The position numbers were made by a program, and so were the translations under genes. A stretch of DNA of 63,763 bases, filler included, from Octopus bimaculoides (taxonomy: Eukaryota), in assembly GCF_001194135.2 (NCBI RefSeq). It is 9 parts of 8 records of this genome, joined end to end, with 100 filler letters (N's around TTAATTAATTAA, not from the genome) between each part and the next. Parts side by side here need not be neighbours in the genome. Positions count along the whole stretch, not along the records: positions 39,128 to 51,117 come from NC_068998.1; positions 51,218 to 53,897 come from NC_068987.1; 7 more parts are not named here. The stretch is one strand, 5' to 3'. The notes under the pieces were generated by a model that was not told the origin of the DNA, ran no database searches, and saw only the letters and a program-made list of their open reading frames with translations. Of this stretch, positions 39,617-53,304 are shown one piece after another (within the stretch, counting starts at the first letter, position 1; each line of letters opens with the position of its first letter).

Positions 39617-40241
39617 TCACACACACACACACACACACACATATCAGGTATCCTTTATCTCCATCATAACGAGGTTGTGTTAGAACATAGAATACTGCGT
39701 TATTTACCTCCAAAGGGTCTTCTTAATGCAGTGTTTTGTGCTCTAACACAACCTCCACGTTAAGTTGGAGATTAAGATTACATATTGGTATGAATACTGC
39801 TTCTGTCGCTATATGTATGTGTGTGTGTGTGTCTGTATGTATGCATGTATGTATGTATGTATATACGTGCGTATGTATATACGTGTATGTATGTATGTAT
39901 ATACGTGCATAGATTACTTTATGGTACTCAAAGTAACGAGATGCCAATGTTTCATGCGTTATATGTACGAATGTTAGTAGGGAAGAGAGAAATTTCATTG
40001 TATAAACGTGATTTATTAAAGTAAGTTTTTTAGAAACACACACACACACGCACACGCACACAAAAACACACAAACACACACACACACAGAAACATTGATT
40101 GATAGAAAGATAGATATACACATCTCTTTTCCCCTCTCTCTCTCTCCACTCTCTTCATCTGACTCACCTCTTCTCCTCTCTTCATCTGACCCCTATTTCC
40201 TCTCTTTACTCCTACCACCTTCTCTCTTCATCGATACTCCC

Positions 40242-40315
40242 TTCCACCCCTCCAACCCATTCCACCCCTCCAACCCATTCCACCCCTCCAAACCACTTCC
40301 ACCCCTCCAACTCCC
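40242..40315. repeat. 18-bp minisatellite TTCCACCCCTCCAACCCA, about 4 copies
   Basis: Directly visible. Confidence 0.9.
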
Positions 40316-40394
40316 TTCTTTCTACATCTCCTATCAAACTTTTCTCTTCCCAACCAGTCGCCATGCTTGATCGCTAAATGCACACGTTTTGTAC

Positions 40395-40515
40395 CCTCTC
40401 TCTGTTGAGTTTCTCTTATTCCTTTCTATTGAAGAGCGTAGGCTCGAAACATAAAAGACTTTCTCACTTTCCTGAGTGTCAAACTAATACACCTGCTTGT
40501 TGTTCATACACCATT
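40395..40515 (+). mobile_element. repeat fragment carrying a variant hammerhead-like motif (second copy at 58816-58975)
   Basis: CTTT-CTATTGA-A-GAGC-GTAG-GCTC-GAAAC-ATA-AAAG at 40422-40457; flanks align to 58850-58960 reversed. Confidence 0.65.
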
Positions 40516-41441
40516 CNNNNNNNNNNNNNNNNNNNNNNNNNNNNNNNNNNNNNNNNNNNNNNNNNNNNNNNNNNNNNNNNNNNNNNNNNNNNNNNNNNNN
40601 NNNNNNNNNNNNNNNNNNNNNNNNNNNNNNNNNNNNNNNNNNNNNNNNNNNNNNNNNNNNNNNNNNNNNNNNNNNNNNNNNNNNNNNNNNNNNNNNNNNN
40701 NNNNNNNNNNNNNNNNNNNNNNNNNNNNNNNNNNNNNNNNNNNNNNNNNNNNNNNNNNNNNNNNNNNNNNNNNNNNNNNNNNNNNNNNNNNNNNNNNNNN
40801 NNNNNNNNNNNNNNNNNNNNNNNNNNNNNNNNNNNNNNNNNNNNNNNNNNNNNNNNNNNNNNNNNNNNNNNNNNNNNNNNNNNNNNNNNNNNNNNNNNNN
40901 NNNNNNNNNNNNNNNNNNNNNNNNNNNNNNNNNNNNNNNNNNNNNNNNNNNNNNNNNNNNNNNNNNNNNNNNNNNNNNNNNNNNNNNNNNNNNNNNNNNN
41001 NNNNNNNNNNNNNNNNNNNNNNNNNNNNNNNNNNNNNNNNNNNNNNNNNNNNNNNNNNNNNNNNNNNNNNNNNNNNNNNNNNNNNNNNNNNNNNNNNNNN
41101 NNNNNNNNNNNNNNNNNNNNNNNNNNNNNNNNNNNNNNNNNNNNNNNNNNNNNNNNNNNNNNNNNNNNNNNNNNNNNNNNNNNNNNNNNNNNNNNNNNNN
41201 NNNNNNNNNNNNNNNNNNNNNNNNNNNNNNNNNNNNNNNNNNNNNNNNNNNNNNNNNNNNNNNNNNNNNNNNNNNNNNNNNNNNNNNNNNNNNNNNNNNN
41301 NNNNNNNNNNNNNNNNNNNNNNNNNNNNNNNNNNNNNNNNNNNNNNNNNNNNNNNNNNNNNNNNNNNNNNNNNNNNNNNNNNNNNNNNNNNNNNNNNNNN
41401 NNNNNNNNNNNNNNNNNNNNNNNNNNNNNNNNNNNNNNNNN

Positions 41442-41488
<47 letters not shown>

Positions 41489-43019
41489 TATATGTATGTA
41501 TGTATATTATTTTTCACTCGTCTCTTACTGTTCTTATTTTATTATTTTAACTCATGTCCATTGTCCTGAAATCTTTCGCTACACCTCTTCAGCGACACTT
41601 TTCGTTTTCGTGTGTGTTCTTGCTCCCTTGCTCCATTCTGGTCTTCTAAGATGTGTATCCTTATGTGTGCATGCGTTTGTATTATGTACGTATGTATGTA
41701 TGTATATATGTATGTATGTATGCATGTATTGTAGATTTGTGAGAAAAATTCAGACACATTTATAAATTGCGTACATATATATGTATATGTGCGTGAGTGC
41801 GTGCATGTATCTTTCTGTATGCGTACATATCAATGTGGGTGCATGCGCATGTGTGTGTGTATTACACGGCAAGCGTCGCGCAACACGTAGAAAGCTTCTG
41901 ATTACGCAAAGGGCAATGCAGTTCAATTCACGCGCAGCTAAAGATTAATCACTTGAGCCACGCCACAAACGACCTTGACAAATGAATGAATGTCACACTA
42001 ACTCACCCTTGTTTTCCCTTGATATATCAGCTGCTTCCTCTCGCTTGATAATCAATACCGGGACACATGTCTAAGCATATGTGTACATAAATATACATAT
42101 ACATATATACATGCAAACATGTACATATATATGGATGTGTATATATATATATATATNNNNNNNNNNNNNNNNNNNNNNNNNNNNNNNNNNNNNNNNNNNN
42201 NNNNNNNNNNNNNNNNNNNNNNNNNNNNNNNNNNNNNNNNNNNNNNNNNNNNNNNNNNNNNNNNNNNNNNNNNNNNNNNNNNNNNNNNNNNNNNNNNNNN
42301 NNNNNNNNNNNNNNNNNNNNNNNNNNNNNNNNNNNNNNNNNNNNNNNNNNNNNNNNNNNNNNNNNNNNNNNNNNNNNNNNNNNNNNNNNNNNNNNNNNNN
42401 NNNNNNNNNNNNNNNNNNNNNNNNNNNNNNNNNNNNNNNNNNNNNNNNNNNNNNNNNNNNNNNNNNNNNNNNNNNNNNNNNNNNNNNNNNNNNNNNNNNN
42501 NNNNNNNNNNNNNNNNNNNNNNNNNNNNNNNNNNNNNNNNNNNNNNNNNNNNNNNNNNNNNNNNNNNNNNNNNNNNNNNNNNNNNNNNNNNNNNNNNNNN
42601 NNNNNNNNNNNNNNNNNNNNNNNNNNNNNNNNNNNNNNNNNNNNNNNNNNNNNNNNNNNNNNNNNNNNNNNNNNNNNNNNNNNNNNNNNNNNNNNNNNNN
42701 NNNNNNNNNNNNNNNNNNNNNNNNNNNNNNNNNNNNNNNNNNNNNNNNNNNNNNNNNNNNNNNNNNNNNNNNNNNNNNNNNNNNNNNNNNNNNNNNNNNN
42801 NNNNNNNNNNNNNNNNNNNNNNNNNNNNNNNNNNNNNNNNNNNNNNNNNNNNNNNNNNNNNNNNNNNNNNNNNNNNNNNNNNNNNNNNNNNNNNNNNNNN
42901 NNNNNNNNNNNNNNNNNNNNNNNNNNNNNNNNNNNNNNNNNNNNNNNNNNNNNNNNNNNNNNNNNNATAAATAGAGATATATACATATATATATGTATAT
43001 CTATCTATCTATCTATCTA

Positions 43020-43073
<54 letters not shown>

Positions 43074-44012
43074 TAGGAAAGCCTTCTTTTTTCTGTCGAG
43101 GGCTTATATGCCCCTTTATTAGATTATTTTCCTTAGTCATTGCACGGTGATCGCCATAAACTTTAAGCTTATATAAAAAATACCATTATAGGATTCTAAA
43201 AACGGCGCCGTATAAAAAGAAATCTATTCGCGCCGAATGCACACATACAAACACACACATACATACATGCATACATACATACATACATACATACATACAT
43301 ACATACAAACGTGGAAATAGCAAAGAAGTAAGTCTAAAACATTTTAGTTTAAGAGCGTATTTAATAAATATGATTTTAAAAATTATATAAAGAAACTATT
43401 ATCGGGTTCGATGAATCCCATCTTATTAAATATGAGTAAAAGTTTATGAAAATTTCGTGTGAAAACAGTTTCTCTTCTGTCTGGACATCTGGAACATGAG
43501 AAAAATCACCACAAGATGTGGATTGATGCTCTCAGTTTGGCATCATTGTAGAGAGTGAAAACACACCAAGTGTTAGCTAGATTTAACCAGCTGTGATGTC
43601 AGAGGTCAATGGGTCATAAAACAATCATTAGACAGGGCCACAACTAATTTCTTTCTTTAAATGGAACTAGAAAGATAACTAGGGATATAAAATAAAGAGG
43701 AGGAAGATAGATGGAAACAATAGGGATGTGAGGAAAGTCAGAATGGAATAAGGGTTAACAGCGTAGTATTACCAACAGAACAGCTACCTCTGCTACCCTC
43801 AAAATCCATCGAAATGAGTACGTACATGATAACACATACCTACATACAATCATACGAGTCACACCTACATGCATTTTTACGTGTGCGTAGACACATATAT
43901 ATGCAAATACAAGTACGCACGTACGCGCACACGTACACATACACCACACACACACACACACACACACAGAGAAATACAAGCATCCATACGCGCGCTTGCA
44001 CGCACACACACG

Positions 44013-44052
<40 letters not shown>

Positions 44053-45009
44053 AGCAGTCACATAATCGAATAAACATAGAGATATATAACACTGGGCAAA
44101 AAAAACATAAATCTATCTACAAGTACAACATACACTTGTAAATATACGGATATCGATACACACGTGCACGCACACACACATACATACACACGCATACACA
44201 CATGTGTATATAAGTATTTACATGTATAGGTGCATCCATACACGCACACACAGCAAAAGAGAAAATAGAAAAATAGAAAAATACGCATATACTCATTAAC
44301 TATACCAACATTAAAATTAAACGTACATGATACGTAAGATTGTTGTAACAGCAACAGTAACTATGACACCTAGCACATTAACATCAACCATGATATCAAT
44401 ATGTAGTATGATAGATCGCATATCATTAGAAGACGTAATCAAATTTCAGATAGAGCGACCTCTGGAGTATAGGAGAAACAAACGCCCAAAATTCATAGCA
44501 TATAAATCCACAAGTAAAAATAAATACTACACAAATGTCTATGTACATACATACACACGCACATACATACACATAGTCACACACACACATATTTATATAC
44601 ATTACGAACACATCCATAGTTAGAAATGTTTAACCTATGTTTTAAAATCATGTACACATTATGATATAAAAACATAATAATTGGGAAAATACCTACGGAA
44701 TGAAAAAAACTCATAATATGTAAATAAAAATATACAGAAACAATTTTAAAATGTAAAAAATATAATGGACATGTAGTAGATAAATTAAAGGTAATACAGA
44801 AAAAATTGAATATGTGAATCAATTATAAAGTCAGGAGGCAAGAGAAAAAAACATGAGAGAAGATGGTTATGATGTGAAAGATGCCATACGTTATATTATG
44901 TAATGTAATCATATCGACAATATATATAAAAATAACTGAAGTCAAATAGGGGCTAGAGAATTAAGGTTCAGGAGGGCAGATTGTTTAGTATCAATAGATA
45001 TAAACCGAT

Positions 45010-45360
45010 AGGTTTGAAGTAAGCGAATATCCGTCTAATGCTTTGTAAGCATTTCATTTCAAGTTCTCTGGCCTTATCAAGAAGGTTACTCGTATATTTA
45101 AATATCTCATAATTTAGCACAAGACAGCTGTACGTACCTGCTATTTGAAAATGGCAGGTCGATCGAACTATGCTCCAGGCAATTTCGAGTTGAACATTAC
45201 TATCCTTTAATTGCCACAACTTTTCTGCCAAAGACGAGACACAGCTTTATTGTGATATTTAAAAGACGAAAGGTGATTATGCAATCTGGATTTGAAGTTG
45301 CGAGCATAGCCGAAGGTGTTTCCATCACTTATTACATTTCACTTGTAAACTATAATCCTA
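45010..45360 (-). pseudogene. Penelope-like GIY-YIG endonuclease C-terminal remnant
   Basis: IIVYK*NVISDG..NFKSRLHNHLSSFKYHNK / SSLAEKLWQLKDSNVQLEIAWSIV...LLDKARELEMKCLQ; compare PLE FKxRxxNHxxSF...LSKYIWxLKD...IxWxI...LNKRxELxxKCRH. Confidence 0.7.
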
Positions 45361-45479
45361 GTCAAACAGGTATTACTAAGCGGGTATTAAGCAGGTAATA
45401 CAGAACAGGTATTACTAAGCGGCATTACTCCTTTTCAGTATGGGTCCTTTGTGGAGAAACTGTATGAACGTCCTTAAAA

Positions 45480-46780
45480 ACAACAACAACAACAACAACA
45501 ACAGCAACAGGGAAGCAACAAAACTAACTACAACAACAAAAACAATCAGAATTTCACATTTACCATATCATCCACAACCACAACATCAACGATATCGATA
45601 ACCATAATACAAACTGCAATCAGAACCACAACATCGACTAACAACCACATACATAGCACCTATCACGATCACAACACCGCCGTTAACAGCTCTAGCCACA
45701 AACTAATCACCAACATCAACAAGAATTAGAACAATGATCACATTCATAGCAGTGACCACAACTAGAACATTAATCAGAACATTTGCCACAACTGCAACGC
45801 TAGCATTGATAATAACCACAACATCAACTACAACACTGACCTCAGTCATAACACCAGCCAATCTCAACTGCAACATCAGCCATAACTACAACACTGGCAT
45901 CAATACCACATGTTAGGAACAGAACGACCGTCATAATATCAACCACAACACCAAAATAAACAAGAATCCCAACACCAACACCAACTATAACATTCACCAC
46001 TGTCGTAACATTAACCACAACCAGCATCATCAACGACCAGCATCATCAACGACCAGCACCAATATCAACAAAAACACGAACAGCAAACTACAATCCCAAT
46101 ATCAAAATGAGTGCAAACCTCATTCACGTCACCAATGACTACAGCTACAACACCAGACACGACCTCAACAATATCAGCTACAATCACAACATTACTTCAA
46201 CGACGACAGTACGATCAACGGCATCACCATTCGAAGCACCAACCACATTCACGACATCAATCACAGCTACATCACCAACCAAAACATCAGCTACGACAAG
46301 ACTAACCGCAAACACCACACAAATTATATCATTACCACAAATCACAAACATAACACGAAAACCAGCGATAGCCACATCAATCACAACACCAAAGGGTGAC
46401 ACCCGACGCCACACTAAGCTCAAACAAAAAAACACGAACGACAATCACGGCATCAACAATAACAACTCCAACAACTATCACACTAGCTACAACTACAGCC
46501 ACCAAACCCGACCACAAAACCACATTTGATATTAGTATCAGTAACAATCACAACACCAACGAAAACACCCAAGCCAAACACTATAACAGCAACGATAATA
46601 CCTACTACAACACCACAAACACTATAAAAAGAACACAAACACCACAACACCCTATATCGCTAACAACACCAATAGCAACTCCACAACACTATCCACATCA
46701 CCAGCCTTAGTACAACACTAACACTACTACATCTACACAATAACACAAGCACAACGTCACTAACATTGACACCACAATGC
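45480..46780. repeat. 1.3-kb cryptic (ACA/CAA)-derived low-complexity tract
   Basis: Begins as pure (CAA)n and decays into A/C-rich, G-poor triplet-like text; gives short Thr/Asn-rich ORFs in several frames. Confidence 0.85.
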
Positions 46781-48079
46781 GAATATTAGCACGACACGTA
46801 TAAATAGATTAATAATGTTGCCATGTTATTTAAGAATTAGAAGTAGTTAGCCCCATGTCAGTAATGACTGAAGAGACTTTAGATCAAAGGCATGCCAGCA
46901 ATCAATGACCATCCTGACTGTTATTTATACACTGTTTCTAAGACTACATTATCCAATCTCTTCCGCATTTTAGAATGACTACTGGGTGTGATTTGAGGGA
47001 GATTTGGCTAGTATTTTAAGTAAGTCAAACATCCACTTAACGACTGCTTCATTGACTTGGATTTCTTGTATGTTGCTGTTGTTGTTTTTAATCACTTGGT
47101 AAGACATGAACGACAAGATTTATGATCCAAAGCATTTTAGCCGTGAAACATCCCTTCTTTTCCCCAATTCACAATACAATATCCAAGGTGTCTTTCGTTT
47201 TACAGACAACACTGTGTTATTTTGAAGGAGGCCTAACCCTTATCTTCAGTTGTCTTTGTGACTATCGTCACGAGTAGTGTACATTGGTCTACAGTGATGT
47301 GCCCGGGTACATAATTTCACTTATTTAGCAACTCAATCTTTAACATGAATGTGAAGTCAGTTTTGCAATGCGCATGTGAAATGGCAGCAGATTGTCTTTG
47401 CACCTGACAAGTGAATTACGCAATTATGATGGTATCACTCGGAATCGAGAGACATCGTAATTTAGTCGGACATATCCCCTCCATGTTACGGAAAGCAGAA
47501 ATCGGCGTATAAGACTAATGACACATTTTGAGCGTAATTTATTATATTTGTTATACAAGCAGGAGGTTATTTCCTTTATACATTTCGTCTAGTGTGTACA
47601 GAATCATTTTTGAATTATCTTCGTTAACTTTTAATACATCTTTTCCTTTTCTTATATTCACTACGTTAAGCTCTTTTCTTTTGACTAAACTCGTTTTTTT
47701 TCTCCTTATTTTACTATATTTATAACTATATGTTTTATACTGATTTATTTACAAATTCTTTGCCAGTATTCTTTTTACCGACTTCTTTCTCTTCTTTAAT
47801 TGACACATCTCACTTCTTCATTACTTTTAGTGCACAATAATTATATGGTCAACTAGTATGAACCTCTTGTTTCAAACTTGTCGGTTGACTTGTTTAGATA
47901 TTTGAATATTTATAACTTTTCCATATCTTTCTTATGTTCTATTTATCATATTCGTCCGAATAACGGAACTAAGAATTGCCGAGTAATGATTCCTGATTCA
48001 GTTTCTCTTATTAATATATAAACCGACATTTCAGCGACCTTCCTGCTTTTTTGTATAGCAATATTTAACCGGCATTAAT

Positions 48080-48285
48080 GCGGTGAGTTGGCAGAATCGT
48101 TACTGCGCCGGGCAAAATGCTTAGTGGCATCTCGTCCAAATTCTGCTGAGGTTGACTCTGCATTTCATCCCTTCGGGGTCGATAAAATAAGCACCAGTCG
48201 AGCTCTGGTGTTGGTATAATCGACTTATCGACTTACCCGCACCCTCGAACTTTCTAGCCTTGTGCTAAAATTTGAAACCAATATT
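48080..48285 (+). mobile_element. family-A SINE
   Basis: GCGGTGAGTTGGCAGAATCGTTACTGCGCCGGGCAAAATGCTTAG...TTTCATCCCTTCGGGGTCGATAAAATAAGCACCAG. Confidence 0.85.
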
Positions 48286-48490
48286 TAATAGGCTTGATTG
48301 CGAGGTTAAGAAGCTTCCTTTGCAGCCACATGGTTTCAGGTTCCATCTCACTGCGCGACATCTTAAGACGTGTCTTGAACTATAGCACTAAGAAGAAACA
48401 GTGTGGAAGCCCAGTATATGTGTGTGTGTATGGGCACGCGTGTGTAGGTGTTGTAAATCGTGCTTGTTTCCATTAAAATTAAAATAATAA

Positions 48491-48739
48491 ATGCGCCCTT
48501 TTAAAGCCTAGCCAGGTTCATGGGCCCAGTTTTCCGGTTCCAATGGTGTATGTGTTCCCCAGCTGGACGGGACACCAGTCCATCGCAGCGTTACTCATTT
48601 TTGCCAGCTGAGTGGACTGGAGCAACGTGAAATGAAGTGTTTTGCTCAAGAACACATCGCATCGCCCGGTCCAGGAATCGAAACCACAATCTTACGATCA
48701 TGATGCTGACACCCTAATCACTAAGCCACGCGCCTCCAC
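48491..48739 (-). mobile_element. CORE-type tRNA SINE, relatively well preserved
   Basis: Minus strand: GTGGAGGCGCGTGGCTTAGTGATTAGGG (A box), GGTTTCGATTCC (B box), TTCTTGAGCAAAACACTTCATTTCACGTTGCTCCAGTCCACTCAGCTGGCAAAAATGAGTA (CORE-like). Confidence 0.85.
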
Positions 48740-49656
48740 GCTTGTTACCATTACCGCTTCACAACCGGTGTCGGTCTGTTTACGACCCCATAATCTAGGA
48801 GCTCCGCAAAAGCTACCGATAGAATCACTAAAGTAAAGAAAAAAAACATAAATACTCGGCTTGATTTGCTCGAGTAAAACCCATTAAAGCCGCGTCCAAG
48901 CATGGCTGCAGTCCAATGACTGAAAACAACTGAGAGATAAATGATTGTTCGTAACAGTTGCAAAATAGCACTGTGTAAATTAAGCGAGGTTTAACTGCTA
49001 TTTCTAGAAAGTCGAGCAAACACATGAAGCCTCTGTTGCTGACTTGGTGATGGTCTGGTGTAGAGATTCAACTGCAGAAGGGATGTAAGATATTTAAAAG
49101 AACTCCGAGTCCCTCGTAGATGGGATGTTCTAAATCACAAGCGAGATGCAGATGATCTAAGGAAACAAGGGAAAGTAAGCTAAGGGCGAACAATTTGTGG
49201 ATTACGGGTCAGCTATGGAGTAGACTGCAGGAAGCGTAAGAATATATTACACACAACAAAGGGTAAAAGAACTGCTGCCATACTTAAAAAGACAAGAAGA
49301 TGATCATGTTTTGTCTATCTGTGGCTATCGAGTTGACTTCATTGAATTAATGTTGGATAATATCTCCACCATATTATGTATCATTAATATTGAGATAGTT
49401 AATTAATTGCTAATTATATTTGATGGATTCAGCTCAGGAACGAATGTTTTTATTCGCGCGTGCGAGACCGTTTGTATGGTGCTTGTTAGTATTAAGAATC
49501 TTGATTAATTAATAATTGAATTTGTTGATTTATTTCTCAGGAGACATCGGCTAGAGCGTGTATATATGTCCATACTTTTATGTGTGTTTCAACGTAAGTT
49601 AGTATAAACGAAGGAGCGTATATGTATGAACGTAAAGTGGGTTTGTGTATGTTTTC

Positions 49657-49703
<47 letters not shown>

Positions 49704-51081
49704 AGTTTATATATGTGAATGCATATGTCTATACATGTGTATGCATTATATTTATTCATGTGGATGTGTATATTTACGTGTATTTCTGTGACATATTTGT
49801 ACGAGTATCCTTGGTGACTGAAGGGTGTGATTAATTTTTAATTAAATTTGGTTATGCATTTCTTTGTTGTCTACGATACGATCCAATAAGCACTTGCTAA
49901 CATCTTCAGACCGTACAGAGGGTTAACTGTTCGTGCTTGACAGACGCTGGTTATTTATTATTTAGGGGCCAAAGGGTCACAGCTGCTACGTAATGTGTTG
50001 GGAGCCGCAGTAAGGATAATGTTTTTGATGTTATAGTTTTGGTTAATTTTTACGGGACCTTAAAACAGATTTTGTTTTGATAATACTATACGATTCTACT
50101 AAATGTTTTGGTTCTAAGATTAACCATAATGTAACTTCAAAAACATTAACCAAACTGTGACCCCACAAAAACAAAAAAAAGAAAAGAAGAAAAGGAAATT
50201 TCGTAGCAAGTGTAACCTGCTAACCCCGAAAAAATAAATTACTAATATCTGTCACACGAACCCTCCTGTGTAGCATCAAGTCGTTAATAAATTCTTAGAC
50301 GTTAATAAATTCTTTGTGGTCATTATCTTAGACAGCGAAACTAGTGATGAAGAATACAAATTCGTCTAATCAAACTTGATTAAAAAACTAATGAAACATC
50401 TCAGTATCTTCTCAATGCATACATACAGACACAAAGACATACGCAGAAACGCAAAAACATTCTTTAGCTCTTTAGTTACTAACTAATCCAAAACATTGTA
50501 ATTAACAGCATTGTGTATTCCTTTATATCTTTTCTCGTCCACTTTCTTCATATATTGGACTGCGGTCAAACTGGAGTCTTAATTGGTATAGTTGCTTTCA
50601 ATCATTGCCAAGTAATTGCTATATAGTATTTATTTTATTGTTGTCGGATGTATGAAAATCAAACTCCACCGAGGTGGAAACTGAACTCAGAACATAGGAG
50701 AGCTATAACCGAATACGATAATATATTTCGTTTGAAGCACTGTCGATTCTGCCAACGGTCACTCTGTGTGGAGTTATTAAAGGAAATATTATTTAGAAAT
50801 TAACCAGAAGAGGTCGAATCATTTACTTATCCCATACTCTTTATAAGTTTGACTTTCGGTTCAATTCATTAAAATAAAGCATTTCTGCATTAGTCTAACT
50901 TCCATTTTGAAATGTCACACAATATCGAAAACCGAAAACCGTGGTGCGGCAACCAATCAACCATTAAAGGTTGCATAAGGTCTCCTTTACGCATCTTTGA
51001 AAGTATCTTATATACGTATATGTATATATGTGTGTATACGTACAAGTATATATATAACATATATGCATATATATACATACA

Positions 51082-51117
<36 letters not shown>

Positions 51118-51231
51118 NNNNNNNNNNNNNNNNNNNNNNNNNNNNNNNNNNNNNNNNNNNNTTAATTAATTAANNNNNNNNNNNNNNNNNNNNNNNNNNN
51201 NNNNNNNNNNNNNNNNNTATATTTATGTATG

Positions 51232-51268
<37 letters not shown>

Positions 51269-51351
51269 ATGTATGTGTGTATATATATATATATTTATGT
51301 ATGTATATATATATATACATATATATGTATGTATGTATGTATATTTATGTA

Positions 51352-51384
<33 letters not shown>

Positions 51385-51449
51385 ATATGTATGTATATAT
51401 GTATGTATATATATATGTATATATATATGTATGTATATATATGTGTATG

Positions 51450-51507
<58 letters not shown>

Positions 51508-51525
51508 CAACATATACATATATTA

Positions 51526-52495
51526 CTAGCAGTATAGCCCAGCTTTGCCCAAGATAAAGTTAGGATTATTAAGTTAATCAAGCTCTTTATTTCAAACCAA
51601 ACTAAGTAACAATGACGTCAAATTTTAGTGAAATCCATTGAAATTGGTGTGTCACTGATGCCATTCATTCATACATACATACATAGAGAACCTCTTTCTC
51701 TCTCTCTCTTCACATACACACTGCTCTTTCTGTCTTGCACATCCCATCAAACACACAAACATGAACATGTATGCAATAGGTGTACATACGTGTGTGTGTG
51801 TGTGTGTGTGTTGCCCATATATATATTTACTTAAGACTTAGTTGTCATCTGAACATAACAGCTTCTGACACAGAAGATTGGGAGCCCTTTTAGGCATTCC
51901 ATTTTCCTTGCTGGAAGGGTTCCCAACCCATGGGCAAGGGCGGGGTGGCAAAAGGGCTGGCATGTGCAACCTGATCACCTCTGCCGATCAAACTCCCAAC
52001 CCATGTACTCCTGTCGCGACACTGATTCTGCAGAACTGGGTTGGGTGTGAAAACCGACTTTATAGTATAAATATAGATGGTTTTGAATCAGCAATGTTGT
52101 GTTCAGTTAAGTCCTATTTGGGGTGAAAAATCAGTAAACTGATTCTTAATGGGGTTCTCCATGTAATCAGGATTTAAAAAAACCAATAAACTGATTCCTT
52201 ATAGGATTTACCACTAAAATTGGCTACACCCCATTTTCAACCATAACTTTTACTAATTTTGATGTATTTTGTTCAAACTTGATACCAGCATTACTTAGGA
52301 CTCGTGAGATCTTTGAATGCTTTAAGTTCTCCAAAAACGAGAAAAGAAAAAAACAATCGATGAGTGGAAAAAATCAATAAACCGATTCCTTATGGGATTT
52401 CCCAATCAAATTGTCTGCAACTCATTTTCAGTTTACCAATTTCAATGGATTTTGCTCAAATTTGACGTCTGTGTTACTTAGTTGGATTTGAAATA
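51526..52495 (-). mobile_element. non-autonomous Helitron-like element or composite with internal inverted and direct repeats
   Basis: Minus-strand 3' end TTGGGCAAAGCTGGGCTATACTGCTAG then T resembles the terminus at 11151; 61-bp inverted repeat 51588-51648 / 52435-52495 (54/61); three copies of an AAAATCAATAAACYGATTCCTTATRGGATTT-like motif near 52127, 52180 and 52370. Confidence 0.55.
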
Positions 52496-52943
52496 GAACA
52501 TTTTCCCAGAATGTATCAGATTTATCTTTATGTTCATAAACAAATTTCAAACGGGCATCTCTATGCCTTTTAGTCAACAGTGGAGTTTTTCTAGGAGAGC
52601 ACGACTTCAATTCATTCCTATGAAGTTCATTGCAGATTGTTTGTAGTGTAACACTAGTTCCTGAAGCTAACACACCTTCTTGCAACTCCTTTCTGGTGAT
52701 CATTGCTTTTTTTTCAATTCTTCGCTTCATTTTTCTTAAAGATCTAGGGTAAATCTTGTGTGGTGCACCGGATCTTATTCTGTTTTCAACAGTTCCCGAT
52801 TTTTTATATCTTTGAATAAATGAAGATATGGTAGAAAATGAAATACAAAGGGTCTCTGATATTTTTCTGTAACTTTTACCTGCTTTCCACTGTTCAATAA
52901 TTAAGTTTTTCTCTGAATTTGTGATTTCTTTACTTTTCGCCAT
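52495..52943 (-). pseudogene. Tc1-like transposase, DNA-binding domain, truncated just before the first catalytic Asp
   Basis: MAKSKEITNSEKNLIIEQWKAGKSYRKISETLCISFSTISSFIQRYKKSGTVENRIRSGAP (paired-like HTH plus GRP-like linker)...PRKTPLLTKRHRDARLKFVYEHKDKSDTFWENVL, then unrelated sequence where WSDE is expected. Confidence 0.92.
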
Positions 52944-53304
52944 TATTACGACACTACTTTATATTGTCTCAGTGCTGAATGAAGAAGCTAGCGTTTTGAC
53001 ACTTAAAATGATCACTGATGAGATTATTGGAACAAACGAGAAAGTTCTAGTAAAAAAAATTTATTTTAACAGTATTTTGTGGCATAGAAACTCATAAATT
53101 TATTCTGTATGAATACTTTTTCACCCCGAAATATTTATAATTGTATATAAATTCATAAGTTACTATAATTTATTAGTTTCTTTTGCATATTCTTAGTTTA
53201 TGCATGTGTATGCAAATATAGTATTGGTATATCCCATTTATGTTCATTAGAAATTAAATAAATAAAGAATTTTGACATGTACAAATATTTATTTCCCCCC
53301 ACTG
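52495..53304 (-). mobile_element. Tc1-family DNA transposon, one end only, IR/DR-type terminus
   Basis: TA|CAGTGGGGGGAAATAAATATTTGTACA at 53306-53278; inner direct repeat GGGGTGAAAAAGTATTCATACA at 53127-53106; transposase start at 52943. Confidence 0.9.

Noticed and set aside
51878-52126. 82-aa ORF starting at TTG in a GC-richer patch
   Set aside because: Inside the Helitron-like interval; no recognisable domain.
52996-53040. CTGATGA resembling a hammerhead core
   Set aside because: No stem II and no correctly placed GAAA; lies in the Tc1 5' UTR.
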